Assembly (NCBI GenBank): GCA_963739305.1
Contig: CAVTZU010000028.1
Location: 62,443 to 126,442, forward strand
DNA: 64,000 bases
DNA from: Candidatus Bathyarchaeota archaeon
GTDB lineage: Archaea > Thermoproteota > Bathyarchaeia > Bathyarchaeales > Bathycorpusculaceae
Direction of reading: 5' to 3'
Below the pieces are notes generated by a model. It ran no database searches, had not been told where the DNA came from, and saw nothing but the letters and a program-made list of their open reading frames with translations. Position 1 is the stretch's first letter. Every line of letters begins with the position of its first letter. Both the position numbers and the translations under genes were made by a program. Below are positions 39,376 through 49,845 of this stretch, one piece after another.

Positions 39376-40453
39376 TCAAGAGTCAGCTTCCTTTCTTTTT
39401 CCGCAAGTAGGGCAGTTAGGAACCTTTAGCAGACGATCCACACTTAAACTGTACGTTTTGAAATTTACGTGGAGAACTCCCGACAATGTGGCTGGGTCAC
39501 TATACTTTCCTAAGTACTTGAGAGCCTCTAAAGTCGTTAAGCCTGCTATGATGTCCGCAAAGGGGCTTATTAGTCCAAGTTGCTTCTCGTCTGACATGAG
39601 CTGTTCTTGATATGCAGTATAAAGCTCGATGTCGTCTATGTTTGATTTGATCCTGAGGATAATAGCAATCGAAACATGGAGACATGTAAGGAATGACGGT
39701 AGGACCCACTTCACCATGGTCCTCGTAAACTGCGGTATTTAACCACGGTTTACCTTGAGTAACGCACATGCGATTCAGCGACGATCGGTACAGTAAGGAT
39801 CGATTTTCAGAACAACAAACTACAAGATCGACAAGATTTAGGCAATCTAAGAATTGCTTATCTGACAAGTCAGCTTTAACCCAATGGAGTTCAGTTTTGT
39901 CTGAAACTATTGAACGCAGTGCTTCGCCGCGTTGGGTACCAGCATCACGATTTGTGTATGGACCTAACTCGATGTCTGCTGGTCCAACTTCTTTTGAGTC
40001 AGATGCGAACAGCTTTCCTACGCCATTAAGTGCCAGAGAAGAAGCGACCCTAGAGCCAACAGCGCCAAGTCCTACCAAAAATACGGAGGAATTCTTGAGT
40101 CTTTTTGTAGGCTCATACATCTTAGAGTAATTACCAATCGAGGCAAAGTAGAGTGTTTTCAAAGTATTAGCATTAATGTCATTTTGAGAAAGTTTAAAGT
40201 GGTTCACGTTGTCATCATCAAATACTATTGAATTATCGCTTAAGAATCGAATAATGGATTTAACACGCTCTTTGGGATACTTGGTTAACCTAAGAATCTC
40301 CTCAAAATCATGTTTACCATCAAGAAAAGGCAACAGTTTTTCGAGTAAACCTACCGATTTACCATGGACTTCAACTATCTTATCCCCGCATATGAAATAA
40401 AGGCTACCGTGTTTTCTGACAACTGTAAAATACAAAGGGATTTTTGGCTTCAA
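39376..40453 (-). CDS. RRE plus ThiF/E1-like leader-binding C protein, split by one frameshift near 39661
   Basis: N-terminal LLPFLDGKH..EEI (wHTH RRE-like), VGLGAVGS, GPTVIP..SPCFDC, C-terminal PNCPTCG; deleting one T gives continuous CFDCYILRIKSN. Confidence 0.87.
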
Positions 40454-40650
40454 ACCTGAATCTCCAAGTCAAGGTCAACTGAAAAATACTTACCTTACTC
40501 GGAATATACTTCTTTCGTTAGCGCGCGCGTTTCTGGCAACAACGGCGAGTATGGCTTTCCGCGCTCGATATTCAGCGACGTTACTATCATGGCGGAGTTG
40601 GCTTTAATTAGTTCCTTTCGCATCTGCGATGTATTCAAGAGGTCCCTTAA

Positions 40651-41235
40651 ACGTTCGCAATTGGCCACTTCGCTTTGGGATACATAACGGGAAAGGGCTG
40701 TTCAAAGCTTGCCAAAGTCAAAGCGAACTTGCCACTTCTGCTTGCAGCTTCGGTTCTTCCAGATGTTGATCTGCTACTGCGTTTCCTTATGCACCGGGGA
40801 CCTACGCACTCATTCATCACCATAACCGTACTGATGATTCCGTTTTTTATTGTTTATCGCAAGCAAGCCATCCCGTATTACGCGGCTTTGCTTTCTCACA
40901 TTCTCATAGGCGATTTTTTCACCGGAGGGGTCGAGCTGTTCTGGCCACTGTCCCAAAATTGGTTCGGAGCTTTAAACATTGAAGTAACTAGCCTAACTAA
41001 CGTTATTGCGGAGCTTGTCCTTTTCTTCTTAACCTTGCCGATCATGTACAAGCTGGGCGAATTGCAAACTCTTTTGAAGCCGCACAACAAGAACTGGGCT
41101 CTAATAATCCCACTAGGTGCAGTTCTCGGACCTTTGCTTACGGTTGGTCGAGGCCAAGAATATGCTCTTCCAACCCTCCTTGTGGTTCCGAGCCTGTTCT
41201 ATATCAGGTCTGTTTGCATATTCCATGTTTGTTGA
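40651..41235 (+). CDS. YdjM-like membrane-bound metal-dependent hydrolase (possibly damaged)
   Basis: GH at the N-terminus, LPDVD, HRGPTHS, SHILIGD, LFWP; expected start reads ACG at 40651 and the C-terminus shifts frame near 41205. Confidence 0.75.
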   Translation, partial: TFAIGHFALGYITGKGCSKLAKVKANLPLLLAASVLPDVDLLLRFLMHRGPTHSFITITVLMIPFFIVYRKQAIPYYAALLSHILIGDFFTGGVELFWPLSQNWFGALNIEVTSLTNVIAELVLFFLTLPIMYKLGELQTLLKPHNKNWALIIPLGAVLGPLLTVGRGQEYALPTLLVVPSLFYIRSVCIFHVC

Positions 41236-41399
41236 ACTTCGAGCTGAGCACAATCAGGACGCAGACAAGCTACAATCTCGCTCGCGCACGCGTAGCGCGG
41301 CGTTATTCAAATACAAACTCGAGAAAAGTCTCTACATATCTTCCAAGTTTTTTTGGCGTTTGTTGATGATATATCAACTAATATTCCACTCAAGTCGCG

Positions 41400-41457
41400 T
41401 ATCTAGTTTTAATATACGACAGCCTCTAATTTGTTAATCGTACAATAAAACTAGATA
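41400..41457. repeat. 20-bp inverted repeat (18/20 match)
   Basis: TATCTAGTTTTAATATACGA 41400-41419 / TCGTACAATAAAACTAGATA 41438-41457. Confidence 0.65.
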
Positions 41458-41737
41458 TGACTAGTAGGGCGCGCGCGACAATGTTTCATTACTACTCGTG
41501 CAGGATGTTCTAAGTTCCAGAGAGCTCACTTACCAGTTAGCGCGTGCCCCCACGTACTTATCACAGTTTAATGCATTGAATTCGATCGATCGAATCGTGC
41601 CATCGCGTTAGCGCGCGCGATCACCCGCCACGGATACGTGACAACGACGTTCTTGAACACATATCTGACAAGACTATCACAACCGCACTACCTGAACTAC
41701 AAAGAATAGATACGCTCTGCTTCCGCTGGGCCGAGTG

Positions 41738-41950
41738 TTACGTGATTTGGAAGATGCGCATGACGACCGTGGCCATGAATCCTATTCCTAGGGCTAGTGC
41801 TGCGAGTCTGAAGCGTTTCTTTTCTATTGCGACGTTTCCGAGTTTGCCGGTTGAGCTGGAGAGGAGTTCTGAGGTTATGAGGAGGATTATTGCGGTTACG
41901 GCGAGCCAGAGGCCGATGTCGGATACTGATAGTGGAAAGTGGAGGTTCAT
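41738..41950 (-). CDS. Small two-TM membrane protein
   Basis: MNLHFPLSVSDIGLWLAVTAIILLITSELL...; follows the stop of the upstream gene after AAGGA. Confidence 0.7.
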   Translation of the reverse strand: MNLHFPLSVSDIGLWLAVTAIILLITSELLSSSTGKLGNVAIEKKRFRLAALALGIGFMATVVMRIFQIT

Positions 41951-41954
41951 TTCG

Positions 41955-42941
41955 TTATCCTTCTTTGAGTTCGAGGGTGGCTTCGAGTGTTTTTGCATCT
42001 GGTGATGTGTTTAGGGTTTGGATTGTGACTTGTTTGCCTGTGGCTTTGGCGATCGTGCAAGCTATGGCGCTTACGAGTGGGTCGCCGAGGAGTGTGACGC
42101 TTTTTAGCGTTTCGTCGCGGTACAGGTTCTTGTAGATCGAGTCGGTGATTTTGAGGGTGATTTGGTTGTTTTCTGTTTTGATTTCTATTTCTTTGGCGAG
42201 TTGGAAGTTTTCGAGTATCAGTTGGGGCAGGCTGGTTGAGAGGTCTTCGAGGCTCATTTTTGTGATGTCGGTTCGGAGGAGTATTTCAAACTGGTCTAGG
42301 AAGCTTGAGCCTGGTGGGATGAGGATTACTCCTCTGGGGTTTTTGGTTATGAATTTGCTCTGGGCCATCTCTTCTATCGACGGTGCGGTCTGCTCGGTGT
42401 CTACGGGTATGAATGTGATTGTTTCTTTGAGGCCTTTGAGATGTTGAGGAAGGTAGGCTCCTTTTGGGTAGGGTGGATAATAGATTGGTTTGCCTTTGCA
42501 GTTGAGGTCTCTGATTATTCTGTCGATGGTTTGGTAGAAAGTTGTGGCGGTTGTGCTGAGGAGGCTGCCTCTGACGTAGGCTACGGGTCTCACGAGGTAG
42601 AAAAGGGCTCCCCAAAACGTCAGACCCAACCCAATAAACGCGAGGACCTGTGATTGAGATATTATCGAATAGACGAGTGCCAGTACCCCTGGAACGGCGA
42701 AGACAATGCTGATCCTGGTTGCGGATCGGCGGCCGAGTGTTTGAAGCTGGTTTTTGAGGCGCTCAATTTCCTGTTGCAGCTGTTCGACCGATTCGGCTGA
42801 CTGTTTAGTCGGTTCGAGTTCTGCTGGTATGCCGTTTAGTTCGGTGGTTTTCTGTTTTTCATCGGGGGACAATTTGGTTTTCATACCAACATTCCGCTGA
42901 TGCGCTTTTAAAGTTTCTAAAGGGCGAGGCTGGTTTCCCAC
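41955..42941 (-). CDS. Hypothetical membrane protein
   Basis: Coiled coil, two TM helices, soluble C-terminal domain; start may be ATG 42884. Confidence 0.7.
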   Translation of the reverse strand: MGNQPRPLETLKAHQRNVGMKTKLSPDEKQKTTELNGIPAELEPTKQSAESVEQLQQEIERLKNQLQTLGRRSATRISIVFAVPGVLALVYSIISQSQVLAFIGLGLTFWGALFYLVRPVAYVRGSLLSTTATTFYQTIDRIIRDLNCKGKPIYYPPYPKGAYLPQHLKGLKETITFIPVDTEQTAPSIEEMAQSKFITKNPRGVILIPPGSSFLDQFEILLRTDITKMSLEDLSTSLPQLILENFQLAKEIEIKTENNQITLKITDSIYKNLYRDETLKSVTLLGDPLVSAIACTIAKATGKQVTIQTLNTSPDAKTLEATLELKEG

Positions 42942-43086
42942 GGGAAATAGGATCTATAAATGGCAGAATCAACCTCTTCCTTGATGATTCTACTCTTGTT
43001 TTTCTGCTTTGCGTCTCTTATAATCGTTCTTCCTTACTTGGAAAAGATCTGCTCACACTTGGAAAGCGTCGAAAAAAAGAGAATTC

Positions 43087-43794
43087 TCAATCGGTCTGGT
43101 GTTCGATTTTTGAGAAGTTCGATTTGATTATGGTTTTGAAGATTCTTTGTCCGTCTCGGAGGATTTTGACTCTTGATAGGTTGTATCGTCTTTTTTCGGT
43201 GGTGATTGGTTTTTCTTGGAATTTGAAGCCGTTTTTGAGTCCTTTTACTGTGATTTCGCTTTCTATTTCGAAGCCTGTTGAGTTGAGGTTCATTTTGTCT
43301 AGGACTTGTTTTTTGATGGCTCTGAAGCCGGTTTGGCTGTCGGTTATGCGTTTTCCAGTTAAGGCAGTTATCGTAGTGTTGAATATGTAGTTGCCGATGC
43401 GATTGAGTTGGGTTGTCGAGTCGTTGTCTGTTCCTAGGAAGCGGGAGCCTGCCACGATGTCGGTTCCGTTGTAGAGTGGTGTGACGAGGTCTGGGATTTC
43501 TTTGGGCTTGTGGGTTCCGTCTGAGTCGATTGTGACGATTATTTCGCCTTGAGCTTGTTCGAAGCCTTGTCGTAGGGCGTAGCCTTTTCCTCTGTTTTGA
43601 GGGTAGGTGATGACTGTGGTTTTGTATTTTGAGGCTACTCTTGAGGTGTTGTCGGATGATCCGTCGTCGACAACGATGATCTCGTAGGGGACTTGCAGGC
43701 TATCTAGTGCTTGCGTGGTCTGTTCTATGACTAGGCCTATGGATTTTTCTTCGTTATAGGCTGGTATGATTACTGAGATAGCCTGTCGTTGCAT
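43087..43794 (-). CDS. GT2 glycosyltransferase (dolichol-phosphate mannose synthase-like)
   Basis: VIIPAYNEE, VVDDGSSD, NRGKG, IDSDG.H, DSQTGFRA. Confidence 0.92.
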   Translation of the reverse strand: MQRQAISVIIPAYNEEKSIGLVIEQTTQALDSLQVPYEIIVVDDGSSDNTSRVASKYKTTVITYPQNRGKGYALRQGFEQAQGEIIVTIDSDGTHKPKEIPDLVTPLYNGTDIVAGSRFLGTDNDSTTQLNRIGNYIFNTTITALTGKRITDSQTGFRAIKKQVLDKMNLNSTGFEIESEITVKGLKNGFKFQEKPITTEKRRYNLSRVKILRDGQRIFKTIIKSNFSKIEHQTD

Positions 43795-44697
43795 TCTTCT
43801 TCTCCCTTCTCTACCATCGTTGATACTCGAATCTGATGGCGGTAGTTAAACCGATAAGGAATCGTGCTATAGAACAATCGTCTACATAAATATTGTGGGG
43901 AACTTCCATGCGTTGATCATTAATTTGCGTTTGATTCAGTTCTGTCTGCGATTTTTCTTTCAAATACCTTCTAAGGTTTAACTGGGCATGGATGAAGGAA
44001 GTGAGGAAGATCGTAGCGGATTTGCATTTGTGATTGTTCATTCTTTTTTCACTTTCGAGTATCGCATGCAAGAATGCAAAACGTATTTTTAAGCACGTAT
44101 GGAACAATAGCTATGGTACCGAATTGCATATAGTGATGCTGCAACCAAAGCCAAAGTTGCCTTGGTTGATTTCTTGGTCATTGCGGGAGAAAATGTGGTT
44201 CAGCGCGCATAGTTCGGTTGTGCGTGCGCACAAGTCGCACAGCAAATGAATCAAAAAAAAGCGCCGTCATTTTAATTGCCTTCTATGGTTCTGCTGGGCA
44301 TAGATGAAGGTTGGATTTCGTGTTCAAATGATGCTTTTGTGAGTTGGATCGTTTTGTGTGTCTCTTCATGCGCGCGCCTCCCCCTACGGTTCTGTGGTAA
44401 CGTCAGTTGTGATGTTGTGTGGTAACAAACATAGCGGGCGTGATGAGTCGTCACGTGTTTTTGGGGGAAAAGTGCACGCTGAAAGATGGGTGTCTTCATG
44501 TTCTTTTATAGAATGCTAGAAATATGACGGTTGTATTGCATATGACGGATCAAAGGGGGCGACGGTTCCATGAGCACGCGCGATGTCAAGAGAAAGGAGA
44601 GAAATCTAGGGCAGATGACGGTGGGGCGCCGTTGGTGCTTTGGGCCTTTCAAGACTAGTGAGAGCGGCTTACGTGTATGTTGATCAGGGTTTGAAGA

Positions 44698-45534
44698 ATG
44701 GCAGTAGATCAAGAAAGCGTGTCAAGAATTCTTTCTATTCTATCTCACAGTCTGAGGAGGGATATTCTCCTTAATCTCAGTGAGAAGGGTGAGTGCTCGT
44801 TCACGGAGTTGATGAATGCTCTTAATATTGATACGGGAAAGTTGAGTTTTCACCTTCGGAGTCTCGGTTCTTTTCTTGAGCAGACATCGACCGGGAGGTA
44901 TAGGTTGAGCCGAGCGGGTGAAAATGCGGTTAGACTAATTCGAGACTTAGAGGGGTGGGCTGTCGATGCTGATGTTGTGAGAAAAACTTCCAGTTTGCCA
45001 CTTGCTTTGTTCAAGACGAGAGTTTTCGCTTTTCTCATAGATTTCTCTTTGACGCTGGCGATTGGAATTCTGATAACGTTGCCGAATGCTATCGCTTTGT
45101 TTACGAGAGGGGCGGGAGTGTTCTCTTTTGACATGACCACAATTATGTTTGTGACTCTGGCTTTTCTGTGGGTGTATTCGACGCTTCTTGAGGGGTTTGT
45201 GGGTCAGAGTCTTGGAAAAAGGATTATGGGTTTGAAGGTTGTGAGAGTTGATGGCAAAAAGCTTTTCTACGATCACGCGGCCGTTAGGAATTTTGGCAAA
45301 GCCTTTCTTTTGCCCTTTGACCTGCTCGTTGGATGGAGATTGAAGGATGAGAGGTTCATCAGGTACTTCGACAAGTTTGCGGGCACGACGGTGATTGACT
45401 TGAAACAGAATCTTCCAGCGCGGCATGTTTCAGAAGTGCGAGTCTGGGCTCGGCGGTTGACTTCAGCATGCTCGTGTGCGCTTGGGCCTTCACCGGGAGC
45501 ATTGAGCTCTGGCGTGTGCCATTTGAATGGTTGA
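44698..45534 (+). CDS. ArsR-type wHTH fused to an RDD domain
   Basis: LSHSLRRDIL...TGKLSFHLRSL; RVFAFLID, GQSLGKRIMGLKV, FDKFAGTTV; C-terminal tail may be read-through. Confidence 0.82.
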   Translation: MAVDQESVSRILSILSHSLRRDILLNLSEKGECSFTELMNALNIDTGKLSFHLRSLGSFLEQTSTGRYRLSRAGENAVRLIRDLEGWAVDADVVRKTSSLPLALFKTRVFAFLIDFSLTLAIGILITLPNAIALFTRGAGVFSFDMTTIMFVTLAFLWVYSTLLEGFVGQSLGKRIMGLKVVRVDGKKLFYDHAAVRNFGKAFLLPFDLLVGWRLKDERFIRYFDKFAGTTVIDLKQNLPARHVSEVRVWARRLTSACSCALGPSPGALSSGVCHLNG

Positions 45535-45807
45535 TCGTTTCATGATTAGTGTTCGTTGTCAATTTCGGTTTGAAAATCATGCGAAGTCGCCTTTGCAAGT
45601 TTCCAAGCAGCATTGACTATTTGTCTAAGTGCCTTTGTCAAAAACTCTTAAGATCATAGTCCTCGTCTCAATCAAGATTCAAAATGGGTTGAGAAAGGAA
45701 TGACGAGAGCATTGACAGACCGGATTTTTCATGGATTGAGGGGAACGAGACTCGTTATGGCGGCGTGCGCAATGGATAGTCGCCGAATGTTCATGGTATG
45801 AGCACGT

Positions 45808-46906
45808 ATGGCTGGCATGTGGGGTTTTGGGAATAAGAAACGGTTGACGACGTTTCTGATAGCTCTGGTGCTCTTGTCGGTTTGTATGGTCAATCTGGTT
45901 CTGAAGAATCGTTCGCCTCTTAAGGTGTCGGCAGTTGAGGCGGCGGTGACTCTGGGCGTTTACTGGGATGCGAATTGTACCAGCCCGGTGTCGTCGATCG
46001 ATTGGGGGACTTTGGTGCCTGGGGAGCAGAAGACGATGCCGATGTACGTTCGTAACGAAGGAAATGACTCGTGTCTTCTGAGTCTTCAGGTGGTTGACTG
46101 GCAGGGAGGCAACGCTTCCAACTGTGTGAGTTTTAGTTGCGAAGAACCGCGAATCATGTCGGGTCAGACTGCCCCGATCAATCCAAGCCTGCTGGTATTT
46201 CCTAATGCATCGGCGATTTCCAGTTTCAGCTTCAACATCATTCTGCAGACCGCGCTGGTGGGAACGACTTTTGTGCTGTCGGATTTGGATAGCCTCGTCA
46301 TTAAGGCGGGGGTGAACCAAGCTTATTTCGTGTACGCTGATCCTCATCGGATGACTAGGGCCGTTGCGACTTATGACGTTGCTTCTGGCTCCATCGTCTA
46401 CGGCCTTTGCGCTTAACGCGCAGAATCAAGGTTTTGACACCAGGTCGGATTGGGTTTCGCAGGGCGCTTCGGATAAGGGGCGACTTCTGCTTTCAAACAA
46501 GACTTTCTTGATGTTTGGCGGCTGGGCTCCCAACTGGTGCGTGAACTATCTGCAGGGAAAAGGCTTGACGCCCGTATCTGCTTTCATCCAGACTGTGGGC
46601 GGACAGCCGCACATGAGGTTTGTGAACACAAAGACCGGTGCGGTTCTTGTCGATATTCTGCAAAGCACTGACTTCGAGCATCAAGACTATTTTGTGACGA
46701 TGGCGTTTAAGGACGGTAACGGCAATGAAGTTTTCGTATCCTATGGTTTCGATTGGAAGGGAACGTGGAGTGCCGGAATTTTCCTTGGAGCGATATCTTC
46801 AAACTTGCTCGCCTTTACCAATCAATACTACGTTATGCATTGGGTCGATTCAAACGGTGATGGAATTCCGCAGTTTGAAGAGATGACGCAGGTCGCGACG
46901 GGCTGA
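45808..46906 (+). CDS. Secreted/surface protein split by a frameshift near 46410
   Basis: Signal helix, IDWG.L.PG Ig-like segment, continues in the 46364 frame to WVDSNGDGIP (EF-hand-like). Confidence 0.65.
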
Positions 46907-46958
46907 CTTCATTTTTGGAAGAGCGCTTGCGTGTGCGCTATCCGTAAGTGTGAATGAT

Positions 46959-48030
46959 TCAGTGAGGTGGTGAGGCGCGGCTGTTTGAAGGTTGGTTCTT
47001 CATCTTTCTGGAAGACAGTTTGCAGAGGAGATTCAACGCGTTTTTTTCTTCATCCGTGTTTCTGGTTTGAATGATCTTGGCTTTCTCGGCGCTTGAAAAA
47101 AGTTCTTCGCCTCTCTCGGATCGAACTACGACGAAGCTCCATCCTTCCAAGCCTAGGCCTCCGACTGAAATGTCTGCGAGTTCGGAGCTGAAGTCGGAAC
47201 AGGATATGCAGCTTTTTCTAGCGTATTTCTTGACTTCGGTTAGGGGAAGAGTGAGGATTTGTCCATTCTTCATGGTTATGATCATTTTTCCCTTTATGTT
47301 GATCTTGATGATGTCTTTCAGATTTAGTCCGAGTTCTCTGTGAAGGTGCTTCTCAACGAGTGTTTCGAAATCAAAGCATTCTGAACACATGAGGCCTATG
47401 AGGAGTTTCACTGAATTATACTTCTTCAATCCTGCCAACTGCATCTTCCTAATAGCGTTGATTTGGCAAGGTGTTCCTACGAAAGCTAGGTCAGTGCTCT
47501 TTTCTGCAACGGGTGCTAGTGCGAGAAGATTCGGGGAATAGGAGTACCTGGTTCCTGCGCAGGCCAAGATTTCTGCGGAGCTTGATGCAACCTTTGGAAC
47601 TGGGTATAAGGGCCTGGTCGGGTCGACGCCAGAAACGACGGCACGGCGGAAATGTAGCCTGTTTTCAAGCCATGAACTAGAAGTGCGGTGACGACGCCGC
47701 CGTCTTGAGCAAGACGTCGTATTTCTTTTCGGTTGCTCGAGCCGCAATGGTTCGTCGATAGACTCCGAACAGTTCCTCTTTTCTGCGTTCTCTGCCGAAT
47801 GATAGTCTTTCCGTTTTTGATGGTGACCACTCGTATTGAGAACAGACTTTGGGACAGAGGCCGCATTCTTTGCATTCTTCTACTAGGCTTGGCTTTGTTT
47901 GGATGAAAGAAAGAGATCTGTAAGGGCAAGCGATAATGCACGCGCGGCACTCGACGCATCTGTCGTTGTCTACAACGTCACGTTGCAGGGTGTTCTGAAA
48001 GCTCCGTTCAGATGAGTTCATGTTCATCAA
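46959..48030 (-). CDS. Coenzyme F420 hydrogenase/dehydrogenase beta-subunit family with 4Fe-4S domain, multiply frameshifted
   Basis: CVECRACIIACP, CKECGLCPKVC, AQDGGVVTALL, VGTPCQI, IGLMCSE, ADISVG spread over three frames. Confidence 0.85.
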
Positions 48031-48038
48031 ACCTTTCC

Positions 48039-49330
48039 TTAGGTTGATGCGCGCTTTCGAGTTTTGAATTGCGCCACTTTTTCAGCTGCTCCCAAGACAG
48101 GGCTTACCATTTTTGAGACGAAGCCCATTCCTGCGAACATGATTCTGAGGCTGTTTATGTCTGCTGAATAGACTGCGCCGATGAGAGGAGCGGTGACCAC
48201 GTATACAGTGAGGAAAACGGCAAGGCCGACTATAAGTCTTATCCAGTTCGTTGGCAGAAGAGTGGCTGGTAAGTATGCGATGATAGCTGCTGTTGTGGAG
48301 GCTGCGAGGATTTTGGCTGAGGATTGGAAGTCGGCTTTCGCTTGGTAATGCTTCCATATCCAGTATAGTGCCCAAATCATGCTGGGAATTCCGGATAGGA
48401 TTCCTGCTATAATGAGGCCTGTTATTCCATACATGGAAATGAGCGCAATACCTAGTGGAAGGCCTATTATGAAGGTGATTATACTTTGATACATGGGTAT
48501 TCTCGTTTTTCCTAGGCCAGTCAGGAGACCACCTGCGCTGATGCTTCCGATGGCGACAAAGAGGTTTCCGGTGACCATTATGGTTAGGAAGAGCGGTCCG
48601 TAAACGTATTTTTCTCCGTAGAGTGCGCCGATGATCGGTCCTGACACAGCCATTAGAATCATGGTTGCTGGCACAAGTAATATGGAGGCGTATTTTGTTG
48701 AGGATGCGAACACGGCTTTTAAGAGGTCATGTTCGTTCTCTGGGTTGAGTTTTGAGAATGCTGGGAACAGGACTGTTCCTATGGGGATGCTGAGGAAGGT
48801 TAGAAGGACCGCGAAGTTTGAGGCTGTTAGGTAGTTGCCGTACATCGAGTTGGTGGTCAAGGGGACTATCATGAAGGCGTATACTTGGGTGAGGACGCCG
48901 CCTAGGCTAGATGAAATCGAGAGAGGCACTCCGTAGCTTAGCATGGTTCTGAGAGTTCGGGTTATGTTGGTTCCTTTTGTTACCTTCTTTCTTAAAGGCC
49001 TGAGGAGGATAATGTAGAATGTTGTTAGCCCGATGATCGCTGCGGCAACGACGGACAATGCGTTTCCAAGGACTGCTCCGAGGACGCTGTAGCCTAGAAA
49101 GACGAGTACGGGGCCTATAGCTGTTTTTGTGATAGCTTGACAGATGAGCGTGAAGCTGTTGAGTTTCATTCTTTCAAAGCCTATGAATACGGCTTGAGAT
49201 GCTGCGAGGATTGCGCCTGCAACGATTGAGACCGACATCATAGCTATGTAGGATGCAGATTCTGGTCTTTGGAAGATTGTTGAAGCGATAAACGTTGCGA
49301 GGAAGAGGGCCAGGAATGCTGGCCTGGATG
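48039..49330 (-). CDS. Wzx-like oligosaccharide flippase, 5' end cut off at the junction
   Basis: Multi-TM MOP-fold pattern, YGNYLTA..F, VLFPAFS, LYGEKY; the ORF-track N-terminus comes from the foreign sequence. Confidence 0.82.
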
Positions 49331-49345
49331 CACGTGCAGACGCGG
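49310..49345. other. Junction between archaeal and high-GC bacterial sequence
   Basis: Abrupt composition and codon change that truncates a gene on each side. Confidence 0.88.
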
Positions 49346-49657
49346 CGCGCTTTCGTGCTCGTCGAGGCGCGGAGAGCGCCGCGAACATCTCGAGGATGCC
49401 CGCCGCATGCCCGGCCGCATCCTTCTCCGACATCTTGCGGACCGAGGCTTCCGGTGCCGACATGCCGCCGGCCGCGTGCACTTCATGCATCGCTGCCTTG
49501 AGCATCGAAAAAAACGTTCGCGAATGGACTCCGGCAGGTCCGGCTCGCGCAGCGGCGCGAGGTGCCTGCGGTACGCGTCGAGCAGGCGCGGCTTGACGTG
49601 GCCCGTTCCAACGAGCAGCTGCATTGCCGCGTGAAATTCGTCCGGATCTGCCGCCAT
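49331..49657 (-). CDS. Bacterial hypothetical protein, frameshifted and truncated
   Basis: MAADPDEFHAAMQLLVG...VRKMSEKDAAGHA across frames; GAGAGG RBS. Confidence 0.55.
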
Positions 49658-49845
49658 TGCCGGCCTCTCACTGCGTAAAATTGTTCTTGTTCAATGCCTT
49701 GGAGCTGATTCTTAATCTTTTAGGTCACTAATAGTGCGGGTACGTAAAAACCGAGGAGAATCAGCCTCCTACAGCTTCAATATACGCCTACGCATTAGAA
49801 CTGCAACGGTGATTGATTCCAGTCCCCGGACACCGATCCATGGTG

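Noticed and set aside
41740-43800. Strong G/T versus A/C strand skew suggesting foreign DNA or an origin
   Set aside because: Follows the coding strand (A/C-ending codons) and recurs in the flippase gene, so it is codon bias
48039-49505. Novel flippase with a soluble N-terminal extension, or archaea-bacteria gene transfer
   Set aside because: The extension comes from a different, high-GC gene across the junction, which is best explained as an assembly artefact
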